64,000 nucleotides of DNA from the human T2T-CHM13v2.0 reference genome, Homo sapiens: NCBI RefSeq assembly GCF_009914755.1, contig NC_060940.1, one strand, 5' to 3'. The notes under the pieces are model-generated. The model saw only the letters and a program-made list of their open reading frames with translations. It did not search any database and was not told where the DNA came from. The translations under genes and the position numbers were made by a program. Below, one piece after another: positions 1 through 14,685 of the stretch; position 1 is the stretch's first letter; the number at the start of each line of letters is the position of its first letter.

Positions 1-593
1 CATAGAATTTTGGTTGTGCAGTATTGCATAATGATGTGGTAAAGACAGGAAACAACACTAAACAAGCCAGAAGCGATTACAAAGACTTTACTGCCACAGT
101 GTAAAACGTGTTTCCTAGTGTCTATAAAAACAACTACATAAAATTACTCTCTTTGGGTCAGTGTTGGAATGGAACCAGTTGTTGGTCTGACTGTGCTCTT
201 GTATATGTTCATAGGACAAAGACTTTCATATTCCATATACCCTTACAACCACTCTTTGAAACCGGGTTATGCGATAACATAAATCATGATGTTACGTGAT
301 TTAGTTTGCAGCATAACCTGAGCAAGTAAGGAGAAATGATGACTTGATGTTTTAGAACATAAAATCCATCAGAAAGAGCAGGATGCTATTCCAGCCGGTC
401 ACACCCTGACTCTCCTAGGACAGTTCCCAAACGGACTTACAAGGAATCCCAAAGCAGACCTGCGGCTTAGTTTCTGAGGACGCTGTATAGCTCATATCTA
501 GGACCATTTATGAGTCCATATTTACCGAGGCACCTGGGATGTCCTACACTTAACTTTTGAAAATATTCCCAAGTATTTTAACATATTTGGGAG

Positions 594-895
594 ATTGAGC
601 ATGGCTCAGACCTGTAGTCTCAGTGCTTTAGGAGGCAAAGGCGGGAGGATCGTTTGAGGTCAGGAGTTCGAGACCAGCCTGGGCAATAAGATGAGACCCT
701 GTCTCTAAAAAAAGTAAAAATAATTTGAAAAGTAATTGGGCATGGTAGTTCACACCAGTAGTGACAGCTAGTTGGGAGGCTGAGGTGGGAGACTGAACCC
801 AGGAGGTCCAGGCTGCAGTGAGCTATGATCACACCACTGCACTCTAGCCTAGGTGACAGAATGAAACTCTGTCTCTATTAAAAAAAATTAAAAAT
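594..895 (+). mobile_element. Alu, old (AluJ-like), dimeric
   Basis: Alu left arm (GGCTCAGACCTGTAGTCTCAG...GAGGTCAGGAGTTCGAGACCAGCCTGGGCAA), A-rich linker, right arm with J-type GGCTGCAGTGAGCTATGATC, A tail. Confidence 0.92.
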
Positions 896-1029
896 TTTGA
901 GGGAATTTCCTAGCCAAGGCAGACAAAATGATAAGTATAGATCGAGGCATATATAACAGTAAAAAATACGTAAGATAGTGTAATATCAGCAGTGACTTAC
1001 ACAGATAACATTATAAAACTCCAAAACAT

Positions 1030-1217
1030 GGATTCCTCAAAACCTTATTAGGCTGATACTATTGTTTTTGCCATCATAAGGATGGGGAAACTGAGGCTCA
1101 GAGTGGTTAGGTGGCTTGTCTAAAGTTTGTATAGCTACTTAGTGGTGACACTGGGATTTGAACTGAGCCAGTCAGGGCCCCAAGGTCTGTGATTATAACC
1201 ACTACATTCTATTGCCT
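1030..1217 (-). mobile_element. MIR SINE fragment
   Basis: Reverse MIR core GATGGGGAAACTGAGGCTCAGAG...CTGGGATTTGAAC. Confidence 0.8.
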
Positions 1218-1368
1218 TTTCTTGTGATACAGGTGTTTGCAGTGTGAGTGGGTCTTCCTCTGGGAGTAGAAACTATTGAAAGATATGCTAAGTAAATGGA
1301 AATATCCATTGGCATTTTAGGAAAGAGAGCTGTTTCCAAAATATACATCCAATTTACAGCCTTACTAA

Positions 1369-1930
<562 letters not shown>

Positions 1931-2100
1931 CCATTTTCTTTATAGCATTTTGTTCTCTTGGAAGTTGTCTCACTCATTATTTTATTTATGCCTCTTCTAC
2001 TACAATGTAAGCTGCAGGGGAGAAAATGCTTTGTATTGTCACAACTGTACCGCCCCTGCCCCACCAGGAACTGGGCTGACTCATGGCAGCAGCTCTATAG

Positions 2101-2204
2101 ATTTTATTTTTTATTTTTGTAGAAATGGGTCTCACCAAGTTGCCCAGGCTGGTCTTGAGCTCCTGACCGCAGGTGATCCTGCTGCCTCAGCCTTCCGAGT
2201 AGCT
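2101..2204 (-). mobile_element. Truncated Alu monomer (FLAM/AluJ-like)
   Basis: T tail + GTAGAAATGGGTCTCACCAAGTTGCCCAGGCTGGTCTTGAGCTCCTG; flanked by repeated AGCTCTATA. Confidence 0.8.
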
Positions 2205-2304
2205 CTATATATTTCTGTCCAATGAATAAAAAAGCCCATGGAAGATACTCTCATTTGATGAATGAGAAAATTGAGATTGGTGGAAATTAAAGAACTAATC
2301 TACC

Positions 2305-3078
<774 letters not shown>

Positions 3079-3379
3079 TCAGGAGGGGTAGGGATCAGGA
3101 CCATCTCAAGAACTTCAGGAGGTAGACTGAGAAAAGCATCTTTTGTTAGTCCAAATTATCCAGAGAGAGAGAATATGAGTGGTTTCCAGCCAGTCAGTGG
3201 TCTGGCTTCAGTCAATGGATCAGTGGTCTGACCCTGCTTCCATCAGTTGAGTGGGGTGGCGTGCATTTTAGGATTATTCCTTAGCACTGTAGTGGAGCAG
3301 GTTCTCCAAGAAAGGTGTGCATGAGGAGGGAAAGGCGAGGTAGACGGCTGTTTGAATCTTCCTTGGGGGTGGGCAGGGA

Positions 3380-3470
3380 TGCATTTGCTTTATTCATCCC
3401 CGTATTGCCAATGTCTAGACAATATGCTGTATTCAATAAATAGTTATTGAATGAATGAATATATGAATGA
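3380..3470 (+). mobile_element. L2 3' tail
   Basis: TCAATAAATAGTTATTGAATGAATGAAT terminal motif. Confidence 0.7.
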
Positions 3471-3934
3471 CTCTTTAGCACAAACTTGATTAAAAGCCCA
3501 GTGAAACTCTAGGACTCTTAGGATTTTGAGTTTTGAGAGAACTTGACTAATTTCAACTCATGTGAAGGTTCGATTATTTTCTAGGAAGTCACAGCCACCA
3601 ACATTCTTATTCCTGAAACTTAGTTCTTTTTCACAGTTGGGCAGACTAGTTGTTCTATCTGAAGATCTATGATTCTAAGGGTTTTGGCATATGGGTTAGT
3701 AAATTAAGTAGTTACTAAGAGTGAGGGGATGCTCTACACTAGATTAGCTAAAATATGTTTGTAGGTTCAGCACAGTAGCCTGAAATGAGTTTGATTGTTT
3801 TAGATCAAGAAATTGGTTTTTCTCTTGAGGTATGGTATTAAGTGGTATAGATGGATCTCTGACATTGAACATGGCTTTGAGGGAGTGCATTGAAGAAGTG
3901 GGGGACACAGACTTGAGGGGTAGACAACCAAGAT

Positions 3935-4125
3935 TGGGTATTTGCTGTGTACTTGTTCACTGTGCAATCTTGGAAACATTAATCAAATTCTCTGAACCTC
4001 AGTTTCCCATTCTATAAAAGGAGTAAAACTATGTCTACCTTACAAGGTTGTTGTGAGGATTAATTAACACATGTAAAGAACTTAGCATAGTGCCTGGTAA
4101 CATAAATATTAGTTGTTACTAATAT
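3935..4125 (+). mobile_element. MIR
   Basis: CTCTGAACCTCAGTTTCCC...GTTGTTGTGAGGATTAA...CTTAGCATAGTGCCTGG. Confidence 0.85.
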
Positions 4126-4544
4126 TGTTTGTAGAATGTGTGACTATTGGTGCGAAAGTTGGCTGTTCATTAGGGGACAATGATACAAATCGGCATGAAT
4201 TCATTGTGCAGTTGTCTTCACAGTGAAAATGTTTTCACTCTGCGTGCCAGTTGATAACACCGTGTGTGTGTGTGCATGGGAGTGTTTGTTATTACTAATG
4301 TTTCAATGCAGATGAGAAATGAAGAAACCGTCAATTCCTTCCCAAGGAAATAGCTTGGATGGAGCAGCTGTCCTGTTCTTTGCCATTTGTTCCTGTCTTA
4401 CGGTTTTCTTCTCTTTCCACTTAAAACACATGAGCTTTTGTTCTGTTAGGAATTACTGATTATTTTGTCTTACTGGCAGACCAGGTCAGTAAGAATCTGT
4501 ATGGTCCCCAGCATGTCTTATATTTGCACCCAGAAAATGAGATT

Positions 4545-4557
4545 GTGTGTGTGTGTT

Positions 4558-4600
<43 letters not shown>
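4545..4600. repeat. (TG)n microsatellite
   Basis: Directly visible, one TTA interruption. Confidence 0.98.
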
Positions 4601-4602
<2 letters not shown>

Positions 4603-4965
4603 AAGCAACAGAGAAAGACAACCCTTAAAGGGAAAAAAATCACTTTCTGTAAGTTGTCTCCTGGGCTCTTTTCAAAAATTGCTACTAATGCTGGCCACAT
4701 GGCATAGCCTAATTAGATTTGCATTGCCTTTCCCAAGTGCTTCCAACCAGCTGTAGGACTATTTGTAAAGAAAGCCTAAGTGCTCAACACAGTGTCTGGT
4801 TTAGTTTAAAAGATGCCAAGTTCTGTTCCTTCCATACCAGGGAAAGCTTATCCTTGGACACGTTTCTTTTCATAGAGCATTTCTATTGGAATATCTGGAT
4901 TAAGTGATAGGAAATGCCTACTATAGCATTGATACTTAGTGTGGATTGAAAGGAGTAATAAATAA

Positions 4966-5335
<370 letters not shown>

Positions 5336-5559
5336 CTAGTTATGACCTTTCTCATGCCTTTCTAAAGGACCTATACTGGGCGATATACCAGATTATGCCT
5401 CTTTTTCTATTTGTTTTCCTTACTGATTGATCCCTGCTGAGAATTGCAGTATTAGACTACATTCACCTTTGAAAATGGACCAACCGAGATAAAGTCACCA
5501 TTTCTGTCCTGGAGGACTCAGATTTTAGCTAATTGTTTGCTTTCCTATAATTAATATTT

Positions 5560-5885
5560 CTATTCAATCAACATTCCGCTGATATTTATTAAAATACTGC
5601 TATGTGCCAGTCAATGTGCCAGGAATTGGAGGTACAAGGATGAATTAGACATAAATAGGACATATCCTCTTGGAGCTTATGTTACAGTGGGAGAAATGGA
5701 AAAGTAATCACGTAATTGCAAAGTAGCATGGTGGGAGTAAGTTCAGGGTGCCATGGAGCCAGAAGGAGGCCTCCACAAAACATCTGCCTAGTAACATAAA
5801 TAGTGCCTGGTAACATTGGGGCTAGAAGGGAGGGAAGAGATACTAGGATGGCCTTTCCTGAGAAACAGATATTTTGCTCTGAAAG
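5560..5885 (-). mobile_element. L2 3' region
   Basis: TATTCAATCAAC..ATTTATT..CTATGTGCCAG..TGGAGCTTATG..GTGGGAGA. Confidence 0.7.
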
Positions 5886-6534
5886 AAAAATACTTCCCAT
5901 CAACTTGCTACGAATCAGAGTGAAGAAAAGCAGAACATTTTCATGGACTGACTTTGCCCACCGCTGACTGAGGGGAGGACTATTTGTCTTACACTATAGA
6001 TCTTTCTTGCAGGTCTGATTAATTTTGTACAAATTGCATACAGGGAGAAGAGGATTTTGTTCTACAAGGACCACACTGCTTTTGGTTGGAAAATAAGAAT
6101 GCCAGGTCGGCCATGGGAGGACCGAAATTTCAGGATCAGCTGTTAGGAGCTGAATACAGATTTTTTTTCAGTCAGCCTGCTGTTCCTTTAATAGATTAGT
6201 GTTGAATTTTTTCTTCTTTTAATAATAACAGCCAATATAAAATTAAGTAACATTACTAATATCGTAATACATATATTAAAATAATTTATAATAAGGTTTT
6301 AGGAAACTGCCAAAAAGAAAAATCCCAATAAGCATTCTCAATAAAGTTAATTACAAGGTGAAAAGGAAATCCTGTTACATTAGTCTGAGAATGCAGTTAA
6401 TGAAACTAAGTATAATCATAATCTGAATATTTCATTAAATGGAGACTTAAACTCATTACTTTAGGTATTAGGTCTGGAGTTGTGTGCTCATACCAAGACT
6501 GCCAATCTCAAAGCATAGCTGTTTTTTACTTACT

Positions 6535-6835
<301 letters not shown>

Positions 6836-7441
6836 TGTTTTTTACTTATGTAGATCCAAATCTTTGGCCACAAAAGGACATGGGCTCCCACCCCCCATAG
6901 ATCTGTCCCCGGTGCTGAACCACACCATGGAGGGAGTTATCCAGTTCAAACCACCCAGCCAGAAAAGTCTATCTCATCACATTTTGGAGGTGGAGGGAGC
7001 TTTAGGTACCATCTTGCCTTTGGTATACCACACTTCTGGTTTCAAAGATGATTAAAAGTTAAAACAATTAGAAGAATTGGAGACCAGCATAGTGTGCTGA
7101 CTTTTCGATTTTGCCAAAAAAGAAAATTAAGTAAAAAGAAACTACTTAAAAACAATTGCCTTCATTTCACAAAAGATAAGGGCATTTTAACATCAAACAA
7201 TTTAGGTTAGAAGTAGTTCTCAAAATAAAAGACAAAGCCTAAGTTAAATGAAGTTAGCCTCATGAAAAACTAATTCCACTGTCCTTACTTTTTCTTATCT
7301 TATATTTTTTTTTGCCCCTAATCAGTTGGAAATGAGAACATAGATTTGCATTTTTGGTTCTTTTCTTAATGAATGAGTATTTATTGAGTACCTACTAAAT
7401 ACTAGGCACTGGGGCTTGTCATTAGGGGTGCAGAGGTTGGT

Positions 7442-7475
7442 TGTGTGTGTGTGTGTGTGTGTATGTGTGTGTGTG
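7442..7475. repeat. (TG)n microsatellite
   Basis: Directly visible. Confidence 0.97.
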
Positions 7476-8118
7476 CATGACTTTATAGGCTTTATAATCA
7501 GACCATCCATTGTCTGCATTTTACAAATAATGACACTGAGGTCTAGGAAGAAGCATGAGCTTCCCTTAAGGTACACAACCATGAAACTTGTCTGGTTAAT
7601 ACTGTTTTAAAAATAGTCATTGAATATTTAGGACACAATTACTGATCACAAATACATGTTAACTTTTCAGTTCTCCAAGACGGACATAAGGATGTGAACA
7701 AAAGGGATGGACTTCATTGTTATTGGTGTAGAACTTCTCTAGTTTTGATGCCTCACCTACTATCCAAAGGAAGCCCTTTGAAATATTCAGATATTCTTGA
7801 CATTTTAACAAAATATTGAATTGCCTACAACCCTTGAATTGGAAGTTGTGCAAGGGCAGCATGTGGTATTTACTTTCCTTTATTGAATAGCAACAAGGAA
7901 TGGAAGAAGCTCCTCATTCTGCAGAGGCATTATTTTTAAAAATTTAGTGCATATATCAAGTCAAAGAATGTCATCAAACAATTCTTTGATAATAACTGAC
8001 AAAGACGTTGCATAAGCATATTAAACAAACTGTTTCTTGTGAACATTTTGGTTCTGCTAATCAGCTTAGAAGTGGCTAATTTCAGATACTGGTACTATTC
8101 TTTAAAAACATGTTTTAA

Positions 8119-8948
8119 TGAACAGATACTTCTGAAAAGAAGACATACATGTGGCCAAAAAACATAGAAAAAGTGCAACATTACTGATCATTAGAGAAAT
8201 GCAAATGAAAGCCACAATGAGATACCATCTCATGTCAGTCAGGATGGCTATTATTAAAAAGTCAAAGAATAACAGATGCTGGCGAGGTTGAGGAGAAAAA
8301 GGAATGATTTTACACTGTTGGTGGGAGTGTAAATTAGTTCAACCATTGTGGGAGACAGTGTGGTGAGTCCTCAAAGATCTAGAAGCAGAAATACCATTTG
8401 ACCCAGCAATTTTATTACTGGGTATACACCCAAAGGAATATAAATCATTCTATTATAAAGATACATGCACCTGTATGTTCATTGCAGCAATATTCACAAT
8501 AGTAAAGACTTGGAATCAATCTAAATGCCCATCAATGATAGACTGGATAAAGAAAATGTGGTACAGATACACCATGGAATACTATGCAGCCATAAAAAGG
8601 AACGAGATCTTGTCCTTTGCAGGGACATGGATGGAGCTGGAAGCCATTATCCTCAGCAAACCAGTGCAGGAACAGAAAAGCAAACACTGCATGTTCTTAC
8701 TTATAAGTGGGAGCTGAATGATGAGAACACATGGACACAGGGAGGGGAACAACACATACTGGGGCCTCTCGGGGGTTGGGAGGAGGGAGAGCATCAGGAA
8801 GAAAAGCTGATGGATGCTGGGCTTAATACCCAGGTGATGGGATAATCTGTGTAGCAAACCACCACTGCACACGTTTATATATGTAAAAAAGCCCTGCACA
8901 TCCTGCACACGTAGCCCTGCACTTAAAATATAAGTTGAAGGGAAAAAA
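8119..8948 (+). mobile_element. L1PA (about PA13-15), 5'-truncated: ORF2 C-terminus relic + 3' UTR
   Basis: ORF2-end relic (MFIAAIFTIVKTWNQSKCPSMIDWIKKMW), G-rich 3' UTR, TSD AAAAACATGTTTTAA at 8104-8118 and 8945-8959. Confidence 0.93.
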
Positions 8949-8979
8949 ACATGTTTTAAATGTCCCAGAATTGCTTCCA

Positions 8980-9355
8980 CTTCAGGGGTTTTACATACGC
9001 TCTTCCCTCTGCCTGCAACAAGCTTCCTCCAGATCTTTGCAATGCTGGCTCCTTCTCATTGTTTAGGTCTTGGGTAAACTGTTATCTTTTTGGGGGGCCT
9101 TACCTACAGAAAATATCCCAGCCCATGTAAAGATCTCACCATCATCCTTCTCTATTAGGTCACTGTTTTATTTTCATCATAGTTCATATACTACCTAAAG
9201 TCATCTTGTCTACTTGCTCCTTTCACATTTTCCCCACAACATGTTAGCTCCAGGAGGCCAGGAATCTTCCTCCCACTCCCTACTGTATTCCCAGTGCCTA
9301 GAACTGTGCCTGGCACACAGAAAGTGCTCTATAAAAATTTTTCAGATGGAATAAA
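8980..9355 (+). mobile_element. L2 3' region
   Basis: CCCTCTGCCTGCAAC...CTGTATTCCCAGTGCCTAGAACTGTGCCTGGCACA. Confidence 0.8.
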
Positions 9356-10399
9356 TGCTGTCAACATACAATACTGAGCACATTTTATCAAGTAAATGCT
9401 GCTATTACTTTTTCTTTGTCAATTCGTTGGGATCTTATTTCTTGTGGACTAAACCTTCAGTGCTGTTATCAGAGTCTAGCAAATGCCAAGTTGAGTATCA
9501 AGAGTTGTTGCATACATTTAAAAGCTCATGAATACATATTCCAGCATTACCTGGCGATTATGAAATGTCACACAAAGGCAGTGTTTTCAAAGTTCGGCCC
9601 ACCAATTCAATCACAATTGATTTTTGTCAAAAGCATTTTCCTCCTTTTCATTTCTTTCGGCTTCTCTGTATCATAGTTTGCCTCCTAATGTCCTGATCCA
9701 TGCTGACCCTCAATTTCACTAGCATGAAAGCAAACTAAGGAGGGAATTGGGTGTGTTTAATATTTATGACATGACTATGTCGTGTTGATGTGAATAATAA
9801 TGAAAAAAACCTTAACACTGGTGATGCAAAGTAACCTTAATAATCTCCTGCTTAGGGTCACAATATTGATTTTAGTGCATTGCCAAACAGACTATTAAAT
9901 CTCTAACAGTTATGTTTCACATTTAACTATTATTTTTAAAAGAAAGTCTTAAAACACAGAGAGAGGAAGTGATAGGTACAAAGGGAAAAAAACCCATAAC
10001 AACTCCACAGATCAATTTCATATCCTATAATAAGGCAATCATCCAATGGCAAGCCCCAAGCCCTGGCTTATTTGTGGTTAAAATCAAGCACTTACCTACT
10101 CTTTGACTTTGAATCCAAAAATACCCCAAATGTGTTACCAGATCTTATAATCCCCACCCCTGGAGCAAAATCAGGTCAAGCTAAGAAAAGCACTTAAGAA
10201 CAAAAGATGCAGTCTCTGGATGTTCCGTCACGAATGCTGGGAGCATCCCCTGTGCTCCCAGGATAACTTTTAGTAAAAGTACGGGAGGAAAGTGGGATGT
10301 ATTATGTAGTGGATACAGGGGATGGAGGGAGGAGGTTCTTCTTGCTTACCTTTTCCTGGTTTTCGATCTTTGTGTGTTATTGAAGTTGCCCATTTTATT

Positions 10400-10923
10400 T
10401 CACTTTTTAAAACAATTTCAGCTTTCATTTTAGATTCAGGGGGACCATGCACAGGTTTGTTACATGGGTATATTGTGTGGTGCTAAGGTCCGGGGTGCAA
10501 ATGATCCTGTCACCCAGGTGGTGAGCATAGTGCCCAGTAGATAGTTTTCCAGCCCTTGTATCCCATCTCTCCCTTTCTCGCCCTCTAGCAGTCCCAGTGT
10601 CTGTTATTCCCATCTTTATGTCCATGTCTACCCAGTATTTAGATCCCACTTATAAGTGAGAACATGTGGTATTTGGCTTTCTGTTCCTGTGTTAACTTGC
10701 TTAGGATAATGGCCTCCAGCTGCATCCATGTTGCCACAAAGGACATGATTTCATTCTCTTTTTATGGCTCTGTAGTATTCCATGGTGTATATGTACCACA
10801 TTTTCTTTATCCAGTCCATGTTTATTGGGCACCTAGGTTGATTACATGTCTTTGCTATTGTGAATAGTGCTGTGATGAACATACAGGTGGGTATTTACCC
10901 AGTCATGGGATTGCTAGGTCAGA
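10400..10923 (-). mobile_element. L1PA16-like 3' end
   Basis: TTTTAGATTCAGGGGG..CAGGTTTGTTACATGGGTATATTG; perfect 19-bp TSD TGAAGTTGCCCATTTTATT at 10381-10399 and 10924-10942. Confidence 0.92.
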
Positions 10924-10995
10924 TGAAGTTGCCCATTTTATTAAGCAAGTACTGTATGTGAAACACCATATGAGGCATACTCAGGGTAAAAGTAA

Positions 10996-11365
10996 TGATA
11001 TCGTTTGGCTGTGTCCCCACCCAAATCTCATCTTGAATTGTGCTTCCCATAATTCCTACATGTCATGGGAGAGACCTGGTGGGAGGTGATTTAATCATGG
11101 AGGGCAAGTTTTTCTCATGCTGTTCTTGTGACAGTGAATAAGTCTCATGAGACCTGATGGGTTTTTTAATAAAGTGCAGTCCCCCTGCACATGCTTTCTT
11201 GCCTGCCACCATGTAAGATGTACCTTTGCTCCTCCTTCGCCTTCTGCCATGGTTGTGAGGCTTCCCCAGCCATGTGGAGCTGTGAGTCCATTAAGCCTTT
11301 TTTTCTTTATAAATTACCCAGTCTCAGGTATGTCTTTATTAGCAGCATGAGAACAGACTAATACA
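10996..11365 (+). mobile_element. THE1-family (MaLR) solo LTR
   Basis: TGATATCGTTTGGCTGTGTCCCCACCCAAATCTCATCTTG ... GAACAGACTAATACA; 5-bp TSD AGTAA. Confidence 0.93.
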
Positions 11366-11382
11366 AGTAATAACACTCATAG

Positions 11383-11776
<394 letters not shown>

Positions 11777-12427
11777 GATTATCTAGATCTTAAAGAGTAA
11801 AAGACACAGACTCTCCATCAAGTATATAGCAGGGTCAGGGTTATAATACAGTTTGGTCTGACTCTGAAGCCTGGGCTGTTTCTTCCATCCAGAGTAGGCA
11901 AGTAGGTTTCATTTTGGGTGTTGTCACTGATGACATGTCGTGGCTCCCTGCAGTGGAGTGTTGAAGATGATTTGGAGGCCATATTCCAGCTCAGTGGGCA
12001 TGAGTGCTGTGATTGATTAGCCATGTCTGCTGTGAGAAAAGAACAGAAGGATGGTGCTCGTGTGCCATATATTTACTCTCTTATTTCTGCTACAGATATA
12101 ATAAAAGTCCCTCAAAGGACTTATGATTTTGCAAATGAGGGGAGGTAAATATATAAAATGAGGGAATATAGACCAAATTGATGGATTGGGAAGGCCTCAA
12201 ATACGTAGTGCCTAACGTATGGTGTTTGGATGTATAGTAGGTGATTAGCATATCTTTGTTTAATGAATGAATGAATATATGAATGAATAATTTGAAACAT
12301 ATAATAAACTTTTATTCTTTTATATTCTCTAAGCTATTTCCCTGCATCGAGTCAGACCACCATAAAACCACATATCAGAACTGCATTCCTTTAGTTTTCT
12401 ATAGGAATGCCAATTCAGAGTTGTCTT

Positions 12428-12726
12428 TGTTGTCTTTTTTTTTTTGAGATGGAGTCTTGCTCTGCCACCCAGGCTGGAGTGCAGTGGCTCGATCTTGGCT
12501 CACTGCAACCTCCGCCTCCTGGTTTCAAGCAATTCTGCTTCAGCCTCAGTCCCTGTAGCTAGAACTGCAGGTGCATGCCACTGTGCCTGGCTAATTTTTG
12601 TACTTTTAGTAGGATGGGGTTTCTCTGTGTTGGCCAGGCTGGTCTGGATTCCTGACCTCAGGCGATCTGCCCTCCTTGGCCTCCCAAAGTGCTGGGATTA
12701 CAGGTGTGAGCCACCATGACCAGCCC
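12428..12726 (-). mobile_element. AluS
   Basis: Full antisense Alu; TSD CAGA(G/A)TTGTCTTT. Confidence 0.95.
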
Positions 12727-12887
12727 AGAATTGTCTTTTAATAGTATATCCTTGATTTAAAAAACATAGTTGATATAACAAAGGGAAACATAAAGAATGG
12801 TTCTGTCTTCTTGCAAATCTGCTGTTGAAAATGGGGCACATTATGTTGTGCCATATCCTTTATCTAGAGAATGACTTCCATAGTACA

Positions 12888-13290
12888 CATTCATTCAACA
12901 AATCTTTTTCTTGTGTTATCTAGTTAGGCACTGTGTTAATGAACCAAAAAACAAGCCAGGGTTCTGACCACGGGAGCCTATGTTATAGTGGGGGAAGACT
13001 GTTCACACAGCCAGTAAATAAAACATTTAAGAGGGTGATAAGTATGGAGGAAAATGAGGAAGGTGATGGGAGAAAAAATAACAAGGCTGGTGTCACTGAG
13101 AAAGTGATCATTAAGATGAGACCCAAGGATGGGAAGAACCAATCTAGTGAAGAGTGGGGGGAAAGGGCATTCTAGCCAAAACAAAAAACAAAAAACTCCA
13201 CAGGATGTGCAAAGGCCCTGAGACAGGAAAGAAATTCATCATGCTTGTGGAAGTCCAGTGGGGCTGAAGTCTGGCAAGGGAGGGGATGAG
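12888..13290 (-). mobile_element. L2 3' region
   Basis: CATTCATTCAACAAAT..., GTGCAAAGGCCCTGAGACAGGAAAGA. Confidence 0.8.
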
Positions 13291-13454
13291 ATTATATAAA
13301 TAAATGTAGGGAAATGCTATTCAGAAAAAGGAACAAAGTAAGATACTGATTATAGACTATAGCTAGAATTCTGGAGCAACTGCTATGCGCTAGACAGTAT
13401 GTTAGGTGTTTTATACATGTCCTATTGTGTGTCAATGCTTGACCTGACCATCCA

Positions 13455-13692
13455 ATAATGCTTCCCAGTGGATGCTCCATTGAACACTAGTCCTTTGAAA
13501 TGTTCTTCAAAATTAGAGTTCCTTGGCCAAATAAATTAAAGACTCCTAGAATATATGCAATAAAGCCATTTACATTTATGTTCATCCCAGTGTTTTTCAA
13601 ACTGATATATCCATTAAACACCTTTTTATGTAACAACTATTGATATATAGGGGAAATAATGTTCTGGAGAGAAGACTTTGAAGAAAGCTATT
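13455..13692. mobile_element. Old hAT-Charlie MITE-like relic (family uncertain)
   Basis: CAGTGTTTTTCAAACT-type end motifs, GAACACTAGT, ACTTTGAAGAAAGCT. Confidence 0.4.
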
Positions 13693-13946
13693 GGATTAAT
13701 GTTTAGCTGGCCCTCCTTAATCACTTTCTATGGTGGCAAATTCGTTATGTCTCAAGGCAATACATTTTGTTTTCAGGCAGGCTTCATTCACAGTGAGTTT
13801 GCCCTATGGACATTTCAAAGTTATCAGCCAAGCCCCTTTAAAATCGCTTACCAAAGGAAGTGAAAGCCAAAGCCATCAATAATTTTCTTTCCTCTCCTCT
13901 CTGTACCCTCATCTCTCTCATCCTTCAAGGCTTAGGGTAAATAGTT

Positions 13947-14380
13947 TGTGTCAGGAAATTTTGGTTACAAGCAACAAAAGTCAATTCTTCTTCAGACTTA
14001 AGCAAAAAAGGGAAATCTTTTGAAGAATATGGGTTGGCTCATAGAACTGAAGGAACGTCTGATGGTCCAAGTTTGGGATGTCAGGAACCAGGGCAGCTCC
14101 AACCATGGTCTTATTGGAGCTCTCCTATTCCAACAATTTTGTCTCTCTTTGTGTCCATTCAAGTGTAAGATTCTTAAACTTGACGGTCTGATTGGTCCAT
14201 ATTGAGTCACATGCTCACCCCTTGGCTGGGAAGGACAGGGGCTTTGAGTGACAGTCTCACCAAAACTGCACATAGTGAGGAATAGGAAAGTCTCCACCAT
14301 AAAATTGAGATGCTGGTCAGAAGAAGTAGGAAATGGATCATGAGTATTCAAAAAGGGAAACAAACAAACCTCTAAAGACC
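13947..14380 (-). mobile_element. Old MLT1 (J/K/L-like) LTR
   Basis: TTTTGGTTACAAGCAACA.., TCTGATTGGTCCA..GAGTCACATGCTCACCCCT. Confidence 0.65.
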
Positions 14381-14685
14381 CAAACAAATTCCATCTCCTC
14401 TCTGATCTCTTCTCTGCATTTATGTATATCTTGGTATCTGTCCAAGTCATTTCCATCCCTTAGAATTCTACCAACATCTAGATGCTGCTGATGATATTTC
14501 CTGCGTTATTTTCTTGCCCTGTGGCTTAGCTCCTGTGGTGCTCCTTATCTGTGGGCGTGTGTTTGCTTTTTGTCTCTAACTAGGCATAATAATGAAGCCT
14601 ATGGAATGTCTCCAGCAAAAATGGGCATATGTGATCATGGGAAGCTCATTCATGGGGAAGGAAAATCGAATAATTAGAAGGGACA

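Noticed and set aside
8475-8717. L1 ORF2-like peptides here and at 35552 and 46100
   Set aside because: Short relics of 5'-truncated L1 copies, not functional CDS
13998-14456. 152-aa minus-strand ORF
   Set aside because: Lies within a decayed MLT1 LTR and has no coding signature
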